This document shows, piece by piece, positions 34,770 through 47,910 of a stretch of 64,000 nt of DNA (its first letter is position 1; the number at the start of each line of letters is the position of its first letter). Origin of the DNA: Bacteroidia bacterium (GTDB lineage Bacteria > Bacteroidota > Bacteroidia > SpSt-205); the NCBI GenBank assembly GCA_025057135.1, contig JANWXY010000067.1, positions 12,867 through 76,866 on the forward strand, given 5' to 3'. Position numbers and translations under genes: made by a program. A model generated the notes under the pieces. It made no database searches. It worked only from the letters and a program-made list of their open reading frames with translations, and had not been told where the DNA came from.

Positions 34770-36260
34770 CTATTCCACATCCACCTCAGAAGGAAACTCA
34801 GAAGAGGGATCATGCGCCGAAAGCAGCAGCTCTGCCCGCTGCTCCTCCGCAAGAGCTTCTTCTACCATAGGGGGAGGTAAGGTTTTCTCAACTCGCACGC
34901 CTCGAGAGATAAGTTTATTCGCTGTGGCTATGACATTCTCTTTGCCAGATATAAGATATCCCCTCGCGGCATCGTAACTTTCTTTTGCTTTTTCCAGGCT
35001 TTTGCCAACTTTTTCCAACTCTTCTATGAATCGTCGCAGCTTATCCAGCATCTTTTCTGCCAGTTTGGCGATGTCTTCTGCGTATCTATTCCGCTTCTCA
35101 ATCTGCCAAAGCTGGTCAATAATACTTATGAACCCCGTCAGAACAAATGGTCCCACTAAGATGACGCGGGCTTTGCGCGCTTCCTCGAGTAAGTCAGTTC
35201 GCGTTTGCAGTGCCAGCTGGAGGGCCCCCTCTACGGGACAGAATAATATCGTCCAGCCGATGTGCGGAATGCGTGCCTTCTGATATTTCGCCAGTCCCCG
35301 GACATGAGAGATCACAGAGTTGGCATGATCTTCCTGAGCTTTTCTCTGCTCCTCTGGAGTCTTGGCGCTAAAGTATCTATCGTATGCTGTGAGAGAGACT
35401 TTAGCGTCTATGAGAATATAGCGATTGTCAGGCAGTTTGAATACTAAATCAGGGCGAAGCTGCTCCTTATCTGCGCCCTGTATGGATACCTGCATGCGAA
35501 ACTGCTCGCCTTCCTTGAAACCAGCTAGCTCCATGAGTTCGCGGAGACGCTCCTCGCCCCAGCGCCCCTGTACCTGAATATTCCCCCGTAGAGCACGAGT
35601 GAGATTTTCTGTTTGCTCACTGAGTTTATAGCTATCTTGTAGAACTTTATCTATAAATCCTTGCAGTTTAGCGATATTTTCTTGCTGCTTTCCTCCATAG
35701 TCAATCATTTCCTTCTGCATTTTTTCCAACTGCTCCCGAAAAGGCAGTAGGAGGCTACTCAGACTTTCCTGACTGCGTGCGTGCAAGAACTGGGTGCCCT
35801 CCTGAACAATCTTTTGCATGAGGTTCTCAAAAAGCGTTTCCATCTGCTTAGACTGGGCTTCGCGCCATTCTAGGTTTTTCTGAGCCAGTTCTATCTGCTC
35901 CCTTAGTCCAGAGAGCTGCGAAATAGCCTCATCATATTCTTTGCGCAGAAGTCGCAGGTCCTCATCTGATTTTTGAAGGAGTAGGTTCTTATCGTTGATT
36001 TGTGCATGAAGTCCCCGAATCTCACCTTCCATACGCGCTTTATCCTCGGCGAGACGGCGCACATCAAACTGGAGCTGTTCAAGGGTCTGTTCAAGCTGTC
36101 GTTTCTCCGAGCGGAGCTGAGAGCTTTCATTCTCAAACCGTTGAGCGAGCGTCCTCTGCTGATAGAGCTGCATACGAGTTTTACTCAGCCATATCCAGAA
36201 TCCCAGTCCCGATGAAAACACTCCCAACAGAAAAGCCACGATTAGGGCGGAAGTATCCAT
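34770..36260 (-). CDS. rmuC: DNA recombination protein RmuC
   Basis: 496 aa. It has an N-terminal TM helix, a long coiled-coil region, and a C-terminal RmuC nuclease-like domain (ILIDAKVSLTAY...). Confidence 0.8.
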   Translation of the reverse strand: MDTSALIVAFLLGVFSSGLGFWIWLSKTRMQLYQQRTLAQRFENESSQLRSEKRQLEQTLEQLQFDVRRLAEDKARMEGEIRGLHAQINDKNLLLQKSDEDLRLLRKEYDEAISQLSGLREQIELAQKNLEWREAQSKQMETLFENLMQKIVQEGTQFLHARSQESLSSLLLPFREQLEKMQKEMIDYGGKQQENIAKLQGFIDKVLQDSYKLSEQTENLTRALRGNIQVQGRWGEERLRELMELAGFKEGEQFRMQVSIQGADKEQLRPDLVFKLPDNRYILIDAKVSLTAYDRYFSAKTPEEQRKAQEDHANSVISHVRGLAKYQKARIPHIGWTILFCPVEGALQLALQTRTDLLEEARKARVILVGPFVLTGFISIIDQLWQIEKRNRYAEDIAKLAEKMLDKLRRFIEELEKVGKSLEKAKESYDAARGYLISGKENVIATANKLISRGVRVEKTLPPPMVEEALAEEQRAELLLSAHDPSSEFPSEVDVE

Positions 36261-36396
36261 ACCTGCAAAGGTAGCTGCGGGATTTAGTACTGAAAGCTAA
36301 ACTCCAGTCCCCCCAAACATACTTAGCGGAGGAATGCAAGATTCCATCTCGTAACCCGCACATCCGGAAGTCGTGTGGCCTTGACTTTCTGAGCAC

Positions 36397-36425
36397 TTGC
36401 AGATGTGGGATTATTTGTACATTTG
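36397..36425 (+). promoter_or_regulatory. Candidate Bacteroidota-type sigma-A promoter for tRNA-Gln
   Basis: TTG at 36397-36399 is followed after 18 nt by TAcaTTTG (36418-36425). The latter matches the TAnnTTTG -7 consensus. It ends 8 nt upstream of the tRNA 5' end. Confidence 0.3.
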
Positions 36426-36433
36426 TAGTCGCC

Positions 36434-36504
36434 TGCCCGGTCGTCTAACGGTAGGACAGCAGATTTTGGGTCTGCGTGTGGGGGTTCGAATCCTCCCCGG
36501 GCAA
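36434..36504 (+). tRNA. tRNA-Gln (anticodon TTG)
   Basis: The acceptor stem tgcccgg/ccgggca pairs. The anticodon stem gcaga/tctgc encloses the loop ttTTGgg. The T-arm is ggggTTCGAATCctcc. Length 71 nt, no encoded CCA. Confidence 0.8.
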
Positions 36505-36508
36505 CAGC

Positions 36509-37447
36509 GTGTCTGCTGACACACCGGTTAAGATTTTCGCAGGCTCCTCTTCCCGTGCCTTCGCAGAGAAAGTTGCTCAGTTCTACGGACAGCCTTTGGG
36601 GGCGCTCACACTCAATCGCTTTTCTGACGGTGAGATGCAGCCGAAGTACGAAGAGTCCATTAGAGGCGCTCATGTTTGCTTGATTCAGTCTACAAATGCC
36701 CCTGCTGACAACCTGCTTGAGCTTCTCCTCCTAATAGATGCAGCCAAGCGAGCCTCAGCTGAAACCATTACGGCGGTGATTCCTTACTTTGGGTATGCCC
36801 GTCAAGACCGTAAAGAAGAGGGGCGCGTCTCTATCGGAGCCAAACTAATCGCCAATCTCCTTCAAGCAGCGGGGGCTTCTCGCATCGTCACGATGGACCT
36901 TCATGCAGGACAGATACAGGGGTTTTTTGATATTCCTCTTGACAATCTGGAAGCCTCTGCCGTCCATATACCCTATGTGCAATCTCTGAATCTTCAGCCT
37001 CTTGTTATAGTTTCGCCTGATGCTGGCGGAACCGCCCGAGCCCGAAAATATACCCGTCACCTTCACGCTGAGCTTGCTTTGGTAGACAAATACCGCGCCC
37101 AGGCTAATCGAGTCCACTCCATGCGGCTAATTGGTGACGTCCGAGATAAACATGCACTTATAGTGGATGATCTTGTAGATACAGCTGGAACGCTTGTACA
37201 CGCCGCCGAACTCCTCCTGCAAGAAGGCGCTCTATCGGTTCGGGCTTGTGTCACGCATCCTGTGCTTTCTGGTGCCGCTTACGAAAGAATTGCTCATTCT
37301 CCTTTATCAGAGCTAATCGTCGCAGACACCTTGCCCCTCCGTAAAGAGCTTGACAAGATAACAGTACTTTCAGTAGCTCCCATCTTCGCCCAAGCTCTAC
37401 GAAACATTCATCAACATGAGTCTGTCAGTGCCTTGTTCTATTCCTAA
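36509..37447 (+). CDS. prs: Ribose-phosphate pyrophosphokinase (PRPP synthetase)
   Basis: VKIFAGSSSRAFAEKVA..., the PRPP-binding loop DLHAGQIQGFFDIPLDNL and VDDLVDTAGTL match Prs. The track ORF (36476) begins inside the tRNA. The in-frame GTG at 36509 is the more plausible start. Confidence 0.85.
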   Translation: MSADTPVKIFAGSSSRAFAEKVAQFYGQPLGALTLNRFSDGEMQPKYEESIRGAHVCLIQSTNAPADNLLELLLLIDAAKRASAETITAVIPYFGYARQDRKEEGRVSIGAKLIANLLQAAGASRIVTMDLHAGQIQGFFDIPLDNLEASAVHIPYVQSLNLQPLVIVSPDAGGTARARKYTRHLHAELALVDKYRAQANRVHSMRLIGDVRDKHALIVDDLVDTAGTLVHAAELLLQEGALSVRACVTHPVLSGAAYERIAHSPLSELIVADTLPLRKELDKITVLSVAPIFAQALRNIHQHESVSALFYS

Positions 37448-37486
37448 ATTTCCGAAGCAGCCGCAATAGGCGGAAACCAAATAAAT

Positions 37487-38386
37487 ATGATAACTCTGTT
37501 CGCTTGTCCCAAACCATTTACCGAACCTCGTATAGCCGAAGTTCAAAGAAAAGCCATCCAGAGTTGGCTTCTTCTGAAAAAAGTATCGGAAATAATCCTT
37601 ATCGGGGACGATGAGTTAGTCGCAGAGGTCGCAGCGGAATATAATCTCAAACATATACCGTATTTAGAAAAAACTGCACACGGAAGCCCCATGGTTAGTG
37701 ATCTATTTTACAAAGCGAAAAATGCCGCAATAAGCGACATTCTAATGTATGTCAACTCAGACATACTCCTCACGAATAAGGTTATTGATGCAGTAGATAT
37801 AGTCAAGCAAGCCTTCAACAAATACCTCATTATTATATCTCCTTACCTGACTGATATAAATGGTCTGACCATTCAAGAGGGATATGAAAACAGAGCTTTT
37901 GAGCACATCGTCAATCAACCTATACCGACAGGCGCAGATGTATTTATTTTTCCCAAGACCATTTACGATGAAATTCCTCCTTTCGGCTTAGGAAGGTGTT
38001 TCTGGGATTTTTGGCTCATTTCAGACCCTCTTCTGAAAGGAATACCGGTCATAGATGCCACTGACTTCGCACCCACCTTCCATCCTGTGGATGAAAGTAG
38101 TACCCACTATGTAGAATACACTCAAAGAGAGGCCCCAGTACTTGCCGAAAAGTCTATCTCCGCACGATCTCAGGCATTTAATATGCAAATGAATATAAAC
38201 TTTACACTGACAGACTCCGCGCACCTCCTTCGTCGGCACGATGTCCCCTACAAGCTCTCATCAGAAGGACAAATCATACAACAAAAATCCATGTGGCGTA
38301 TACGGATGAAACAAAAGATAGGGCTTTGGATGGATAAAACCGCCCCTATACGCAGAAGAATCGGATTATATCGCTGGTGGAAATGA
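37487..38386 (+). CDS. Uncharacterised protein, paralog A of a tandem pair (possible GT-A-like transferase)
   Basis: 299 aa with no TM or signal peptide. About 40% of positions are identical to the downstream ORF. Shared motifs are FTEPR[IF]A[ED][VI]Q.KAI[QK]SW, YVN[SA]DI, GAD[VI]F, WD.W and KGIP.IDAT[DE][FY]A.T[FL]HP[VI]DE[ST]STH. GC is about 40-45%. Confidence 0.6.
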   Translation: MITLFACPKPFTEPRIAEVQRKAIQSWLLLKKVSEIILIGDDELVAEVAAEYNLKHIPYLEKTAHGSPMVSDLFYKAKNAAISDILMYVNSDILLTNKVIDAVDIVKQAFNKYLIIISPYLTDINGLTIQEGYENRAFEHIVNQPIPTGADVFIFPKTIYDEIPPFGLGRCFWDFWLISDPLLKGIPVIDATDFAPTFHPVDESSTHYVEYTQREAPVLAEKSISARSQAFNMQMNINFTLTDSAHLLRRHDVPYKLSSEGQIIQQKSMWRIRMKQKIGLWMDKTAPIRRRIGLYRWWK

Positions 38387-38387
38387 T

Positions 38388-39329
38388 ATGATAACGATAG
38401 CCTCTTGGCCGAAGAGATTCACGGAGCCCCGCTTTGCGGACATCCAAACTAAAGCCATCAAGAGCTGGCAAATGCTTTCGCCTGATGTAGAAATCATTTT
38501 AGTGGGTAAAGATGAAGGTGTCGCCGAAGTCTGCGCTCAAATGGGGCTGAAGCACCTACCAAACGTAAGAGCAAATGAAAGAGGAACGATATATCTGGAC
38601 GATCTCCTCTATCAAATTTCACTGCATGCAAGGCATAACATCGTGGCGTATGTAAATGCGGATATTATTGTATTGCCAGCCCTTGCTCGTGCTGTATCGG
38701 AGGTTTCCAAAAAGTGGAAGCGTTTCCTCCTCGTTTCAGCCCCTCATATAGCAGATTTTACTGCTATTCAGGTAGAGCCTGGCTTTGAGAAAAATGCCCT
38801 CAAACATATTGTCCAACAGCCGACCCCATACGGAGCTGATATTTTTGTCCATACAAAAGGATTGTATAAAAAGGTAAAGCCTTTTCTGGTTGGTCGACAG
38901 ATATGGGACTCATGGATGATGGCTTACCCTGCGGGAAAGGGGATACCCTGTATAGATGCCACAGAATATGCCATAACCCTTCATCCAATAGATGAAACCA
39001 GTACCCATGCATATGTACATTTACAAGAGGGAAAGAAACGGGAAGAAAGCTGGCGCAAGGCTAATGATCCTCTCAAGGTTCAAGAATATGAATACAATGA
39101 GAGCATGGTAACCTCATGGTGGTTCATGCACCTACATAGAACGAAGTTACCTTATGAGATTAAGCCTGATGGAAATATCTCAGAAAGAAACTTATCTGAC
39201 AAAGACATTGATATTATAAGAAAGATAAGGTCAGAAGATAGGAAATCATTTATAAAAAGCCTGCTAAAACGAGTCGGATTATACAATAAAGTGTACGATC
39301 TATACAGAATTATCAAACGGAACTACTGA
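38388..39329 (+). CDS. Uncharacterised protein, paralog B of a tandem pair (possible GT-A-like transferase)
   Basis: 313 aa. It starts 2 nt after the paralog A stop. It shares the same conserved motifs as paralog A. The C-terminal tail is Lys/Arg-rich. GC is low. Confidence 0.6.
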   Translation: MITIASWPKRFTEPRFADIQTKAIKSWQMLSPDVEIILVGKDEGVAEVCAQMGLKHLPNVRANERGTIYLDDLLYQISLHARHNIVAYVNADIIVLPALARAVSEVSKKWKRFLLVSAPHIADFTAIQVEPGFEKNALKHIVQQPTPYGADIFVHTKGLYKKVKPFLVGRQIWDSWMMAYPAGKGIPCIDATEYAITLHPIDETSTHAYVHLQEGKKREESWRKANDPLKVQEYEYNESMVTSWWFMHLHRTKLPYEIKPDGNISERNLSDKDIDIIRKIRSEDRKSFIKSLLKRVGLYNKVYDLYRIIKRNY

Positions 39330-39410
39330 GAATCTATCTTCACAATCGCTAAGGGCACCCAAGATGTAACTACATACAAAAGAGCCATTCATGCTTCGTA
39401 TATTTGCCCC

Positions 39411-40775
39411 ATGGAGAAACTGAGTCGGGTGTCCATAGTTGGACTTGGCAAGTTAGGGGCTCCTATGGCAGCAGCCATCGCATCCAAAGGAATACAGGTG
39501 ATTGGAGTGGATTTGGACGATAATAAGGTCGCTGCTATCAATCGTCTTGCTGCTCCTGTGTATGAGCCTGGGCTATCAGAGCTACTACAAAAAAGCGCTG
39601 GTTACGTATCTGCTACGACGGATCTATATCAAGCCGTACTTGACTCTCAGGCAACTTTTATCGTTGTAGCTACACCGAGTCAGCCCGATGGACACTTCTC
39701 CTTAGAATACGTCCTAAAGGCGTGTCAAGTAATCGGTGAGGCTCTCAAGAAAAAAGATGCATGGCACACCGTCGTTGTAACAAGCACGGTATCGCCTTTA
39801 TCTATGGATAGACATATACGCCCTACACTGGAAAGCATTAGCGGCAAAACGGCTGGAAAAGATTTTGGCTTAGCTTACAATCCAGAGTTTATAGCTTTGG
39901 GTACTGTAATCCGGGATTTCCTAAACCCTGACCTTATACTCATTGGAGAGTCCGACAAGACAACGGGCGACCTGCTGCAGGACCTCTATGAGAGAGTTTT
40001 AGATAAGAAGCCGTATTATGCTCGAATGAACTTCGTCAATGCGGAGCTGACAAAGCTTGCCATCAATACATTTGTCACTACAAAAATCAGCTTCGCTAAT
40101 ATGATAGCTCGCATCTGTGAGCGGCTGCCAGAAGCCGACGCAGATACAGTCACAACTGCTTTAGGGATGGACTCACGAATAGGTTCCAAGTACCTTCGTG
40201 GAGCGATAAGCTATGGCGGGCCTTGCTTTCCCCGAGATAATCTTGCGCTGATAGCTCTCGCTCGTCAAGTGGGCATCACGGCAGACATCGCAGAAACGAC
40301 TGATAGCTTCAACCGCTGGCAAAATCAGTGGCTGGCAGAGTTTATTTACCAACATCTCACCCTTGGTCAAAAAGTCGGCATACTCGGTATAGCCTATAAG
40401 ACAGGGTCAGATGTCATCACAGAGTCGCCAGCTATATACGTGATGGAGCACCTTCTCCAAAAAGGTATCTCCATAATAGCTTATGATCCTGCTGCCCATA
40501 CAAATGCTAGAAGCATTTTTGGGGAAAATATCATATGGGCAGACTCCGCAGCTGAATGCATCGCTCAAGCAGAGGTAATAGTTATTCTAACGACTTGGCC
40601 AGAATTTAAAAATCTCCCATCTAACGCCTGGAGCCCCGATGGTGTAATACGAAAAGTAATAGACTGCTGGCGATTCTTACCTGAAATAGCTGACCATCCT
40701 AAGGTGGATTATATCCCTCTCGGCAAATCCGTTCAAGCCCCTGTAACGCAAACTTCCGTAGAAACTTCGGCATAA
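39411..40775 (+). CDS. Nucleotide-sugar 6-dehydrogenase (UDP-glucose/GDP-mannose dehydrogenase family)
   Basis: The N-terminal Rossmann motif is VSIVGLGKLGAPMAAAIASKG. The catalytic Cys context is YGGPCFPRD (compare GGSCFxKD). 454 aa. Confidence 0.85.
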   Translation: MEKLSRVSIVGLGKLGAPMAAAIASKGIQVIGVDLDDNKVAAINRLAAPVYEPGLSELLQKSAGYVSATTDLYQAVLDSQATFIVVATPSQPDGHFSLEYVLKACQVIGEALKKKDAWHTVVVTSTVSPLSMDRHIRPTLESISGKTAGKDFGLAYNPEFIALGTVIRDFLNPDLILIGESDKTTGDLLQDLYERVLDKKPYYARMNFVNAELTKLAINTFVTTKISFANMIARICERLPEADADTVTTALGMDSRIGSKYLRGAISYGGPCFPRDNLALIALARQVGITADIAETTDSFNRWQNQWLAEFIYQHLTLGQKVGILGIAYKTGSDVITESPAIYVMEHLLQKGISIIAYDPAAHTNARSIFGENIIWADSAAECIAQAEVIVILTTWPEFKNLPSNAWSPDGVIRKVIDCWRFLPEIADHPKVDYIPLGKSVQAPVTQTSVETSA

Positions 40776-40867
40776 AAAGCTCTTAGGCGTCTGCAGCAAA
40801 TCTAATCTATTTTATACTTATGGGGAAAAAACGCTCCGTGAGATACGCACTCAACCTCCCCCCATGC

Positions 40868-41803
40868 TTATCTGCTTAGACTATTTTCTTTGTGAAGCTG
40901 AACTATCTGAGAAAGCTTCTTAGGATGGGCTCGCCTGAGTGCGCTGCGGTGCTGGTGCTTTCTGATTTGGGCTTGGGATAGGGTCGTCCACTGCTCATGA
41001 GAAAAAAAAGCCGCCTTTTTGGGACGAAAGGCTAACTCTCCTTGAGGACGAGCAAATCTATTCCAAGGACACACCTGCTGGCAAATATCACATCCAAAAA
41101 TCCATCCATGGAGGTCGGGCATACCTTCATCTAAATCGGGAGCTTCTATCGTCCAGTATGCGATACAGCGCCGTGCGTCTATCACATATGGCTCCAAAGC
41201 CCGCGTTGGACATGCTTCTACACAGCGATTACATGTCCCGCATAAATCCTCCGTAAATGGTTCATCTGGCAAAAGAGCTGCCGAGGTAAGAACACCTCCA
41301 ATGAATGTGTAGCTGCCCAAACGGCGATGGAGTACCAGCGTATTTTTTCCTATCCAGCCTAAACCAGCCATCACAGCCCAAGCCTTTTCCAAAATCGGAG
41401 CTGTATCTACGAATAGACGAGCATCGTATCCATGGCGGATAAGGTAGTCCGCTATGATTTGGAGACGGCGCCGAAGGTGAATGTGATAATCTTCTCCCCA
41501 GGCATACTGGGCGATAGGTGATACGGGACGCTTAGTGTGAAAATAGCTCTGGAGTACAAGTAGCATGCTTCGTGCTCCTGGAAGAACTGATGAAGGGTCT
41601 GCACGCAGCAATGCCCCTTTATCCAGGTAGGACATACCTGCATGCTTACCTGCCGCAAGCCACGAGAGAAACCGCCTATATGCCTGAGATAAAAGAGGAG
41701 GCGCATCTGAGGCATCCATTCGTACGACAGAGGCAATCCCGCAAGCGTCGAATCCAAGCCCCTCTGCGAGAGATTTGACCGCCTGAGTAAGAGATAAGCT
41801 CAT
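40868..41803 (-). CDS. queG: Epoxyqueuosine reductase
   Basis: It has two 4Fe-4S ferredoxin-type motifs (CGTCNRCVEACP, CDICQQVCP) and a QueG-like N-terminal domain. The C-terminal tail is HEAT-like. Confidence 0.8.
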   Translation of the reverse strand: MSLSLTQAVKSLAEGLGFDACGIASVVRMDASDAPPLLSQAYRRFLSWLAAGKHAGMSYLDKGALLRADPSSVLPGARSMLLVLQSYFHTKRPVSPIAQYAWGEDYHIHLRRRLQIIADYLIRHGYDARLFVDTAPILEKAWAVMAGLGWIGKNTLVLHRRLGSYTFIGGVLTSAALLPDEPFTEDLCGTCNRCVEACPTRALEPYVIDARRCIAYWTIEAPDLDEGMPDLHGWIFGCDICQQVCPWNRFARPQGELAFRPKKAAFFSHEQWTTLSQAQIRKHQHRSALRRAHPKKLSQIVQLHKENSLSR

Positions 41804-42792
41804 CCGAAAAGCGTCGGAGGGCCACCTTTTATTGCACGCCCGAAGTGTTCATAAGCGCGCTCCAATGCTCGGCGCCCCCGCAAGGTTCGCTCCATGAACC
41901 CCTCCATAATGAGATAAGGCTCATACACCTCCTCTATGGTCTCAGCTTCTTCTCCAATAGCCACAGCAAGCGTCTGTATGCCCGTAGGACCGCCACCGAA
42001 GCGATCTATGAGCGCAAGCAGAAGCTTCTTATCTATCTCTTCTAACCCCGCAGGGTCTATGCGAAGGGCAGTAAGAGCTTCCTCGGCAAAAGTCCCATCT
42101 ATTTTATCTACCCTGCTCACCTGGGCAAAGTCACGTAACCGACGCAATAAACGATTAGCCGTACGAGGCGTCCCACGGCTACGACGAGCTATCAGTTCAG
42201 CCGCTACCTCTGCGATAGATATGCCTAGCAGTTGTGCTGAACGCAGTACAATCTGGGTAAGTTCAGCTTTGGTGTAATACTCTACATGAATGGTGATTCC
42301 AAATCTTGCCACAAGGGGGGCTGTAAGCAGCCCAAGTCGGGTAGTAGCCCCTACGAGGGTGAAAGGTTTGAGGCGCAGCTGCAGAGTTCGGGCATGAGGC
42401 CCGCTATCTATGACTATGTCCAGCCGATAATCCTCCATAGCACTGTACAAATACTCCTCTATGGAGGGATGCAGCCGATGAATCTCATCTATAAAAAGAA
42501 CATCCCCGGCCTCCAACTGCGTGAGCAATCCAGCTAAATCAGCCGGCCTTTGAAGCGCAGGACCACTGGTAGTAAAGAGACGAGTACCCATCTCATGAGC
42601 TATGATATGGGCCAAAGTAGTCTTACCTAGTCCTGGCGGACCGTAAAATAACGTGTGATCCAGAGGCTCTCCGCGTTCTCGAGCTGCGGCGATGAAGATA
42701 TGCAGATTCCGAATAAAGGGCCGCTCGCCGATAAATTCGGACAAGCTTTTAGGTCGTAGAGCCCGCTCTTCGGAGTCAAGAACCGCCTTCAT
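41800..42792 (-). CDS. ruvB: Holliday junction branch migration ATPase RuvB
   Basis: Walker A is FYGPPGLGKTTLAHIIAHEMG. Walker B is VLFIDEIHRL. There is a C-terminal winged helix. 330 aa. Confidence 0.9.
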   Translation of the reverse strand: MKAVLDSEERALRPKSLSEFIGERPFIRNLHIFIAAARERGEPLDHTLFYGPPGLGKTTLAHIIAHEMGTRLFTTSGPALQRPADLAGLLTQLEAGDVLFIDEIHRLHPSIEEYLYSAMEDYRLDIVIDSGPHARTLQLRLKPFTLVGATTRLGLLTAPLVARFGITIHVEYYTKAELTQIVLRSAQLLGISIAEVAAELIARRSRGTPRTANRLLRRLRDFAQVSRVDKIDGTFAEEALTALRIDPAGLEEIDKKLLLALIDRFGGGPTGIQTLAVAIGEEAETIEEVYEPYLIMEGFMERTLRGRRALERAYEHFGRAIKGGPPTLFG

Positions 42793-43207
42793 GCGGAAGC
42801 TGCTTCACCATGTGATAAACAGAGCTGCCGCCTTTGCACTTTCGGACATCTATCCTGTCTATAAGCCGACGAATGAGATATATCCCGAAGCCCCCGGGTC
42901 TATTTGTTCCGGCTCGGAGTAGAGTCGGCTCTGAAGGATACGCATGTAAGTCATATGGTGGCGCAGGGTCATACAGATAGATGTGGAGAGTATGCTTCTG
43001 CACATGCAGTTCTAATCGGAGCTCTTTCTGAGGATTTTCGGCATTTCCGTGGAGAATAGAGTTTGCGCAGAGCTCCTCCACAGCGACAGTGATCTGATTA
43101 AGCAACACCGAAGAGGGCACTTTCGCGCGCAGATGCGTCTGTACGAAATGGCGAATTATGGGTAGATTCTCGGTAGAAGCCCCAAAGGACAAACTCGCCT
43201 TAGACAT
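42776..43207 (-). CDS. Anti-sigma regulatory factor-type serine kinase (RsbW/SpoIIAB-like GHKL ATPase)
   Basis: 143 aa with an HATPase_c fold. It carries the N-box EELCANSILHG and the G-box GGFGIYLIRRLIDRIDV. It overlaps the ruvB start by 17 nt. Confidence 0.75.
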   Translation of the reverse strand: MSKASLSFGASTENLPIIRHFVQTHLRAKVPSSVLLNQITVAVEELCANSILHGNAENPQKELRLELHVQKHTLHIYLYDPAPPYDLHAYPSEPTLLRAGTNRPGGFGIYLIRRLIDRIDVRKCKGGSSVYHMVKQLPHEGGS

Positions 43208-43537
43208 GATTAACAGGCATGAGCTTCGTCAGCCCTAAAAGATCCAGGATGTTGTATACCTCAGGGGTTACATCTTTTAGCTCCAGAGAAATGCCTTTCG
43301 GAGCGAGATTATCAATAGACATGAGCAGGATGCCAGCGCCAGCACTTGAAAGGTAAGTTAGACCGCGGCAGTTTAGGATGATTTTACGGGTATTAGGATG
43401 TTCCTGAAGTAGGCGATTTAGATTTTCGTAAAGCTTAGGAGCAGTGAGAGCATCTAACTCGCCCGTGAGAGCTACTTGAAGGTTAGTATCCGTAGTACCC
43501 GAAAGGACTTCTACCTGCATGTAGCAAAGATACGAGC

Positions 43538-43541
<4 letters not shown>
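43200..43541 (-). CDS. STAS-domain anti-sigma-factor antagonist (RsbV/SpoIIAA-like)
   Basis: 113 aa. The phosphorylatable-serine context is LNCRGLTYLSSAGAGILL. It is translationally coupled to both neighbours. Confidence 0.8.
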
Positions 43542-47496
<3,955 letters not shown>

Positions 47497-47910
47497 TCGG
47501 AAAACCGTTGCGGGAGGACTTAGTGGGGCTTTTATTGTCTTGCTTGGGTTAGGGCTGTGGTATGGGTGGCGCAGTGCCACATACCTCTGGGCCCTTCAAT
47601 GGACGATATATGCAGCTGGTATTCTGCTAATCTGGGCTTGGCTCGCTCTGGATAATCCCCTCCTGCAATATCCTAAACGCTTGCAACTCCCTTCTGCTAT
47701 ACTCGTTTTAGCCTTCCTCCTCTGGGGCACTTCTGAGACGATAGTTGAATATCCCAGAATCCTAAGAGTACCCACTATTTTGCCTGCGCTGAGTGATATT
47801 GGCATCCGCCTCGCTCACGAGTGGGCAGTAATTTTTGTTTGGGTCTCTGTAACTCTGTCCGCAGTATGGCTTCTGCTTCTCCTTTCATGGAAAAGAGTCA
47901 GCCCCCGAGC

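Noticed and set aside
36434-36504. Possibility that tRNA-Gln marks an integrated mobile element (integrase or prophage)
   Set aside because: No integrase, recombinase, transposase or flanking direct repeat of the tRNA 3' end was found within the window. Only a compositional shift downstream of prs is seen. This is reported as a finding, not as a mobile element.
36323-36673. Minus-strand 116-aa ORF spanning the tRNA-Gln gene
   Set aside because: It overlaps a confidently folded tRNA and the prs 5' end, so it is spurious.
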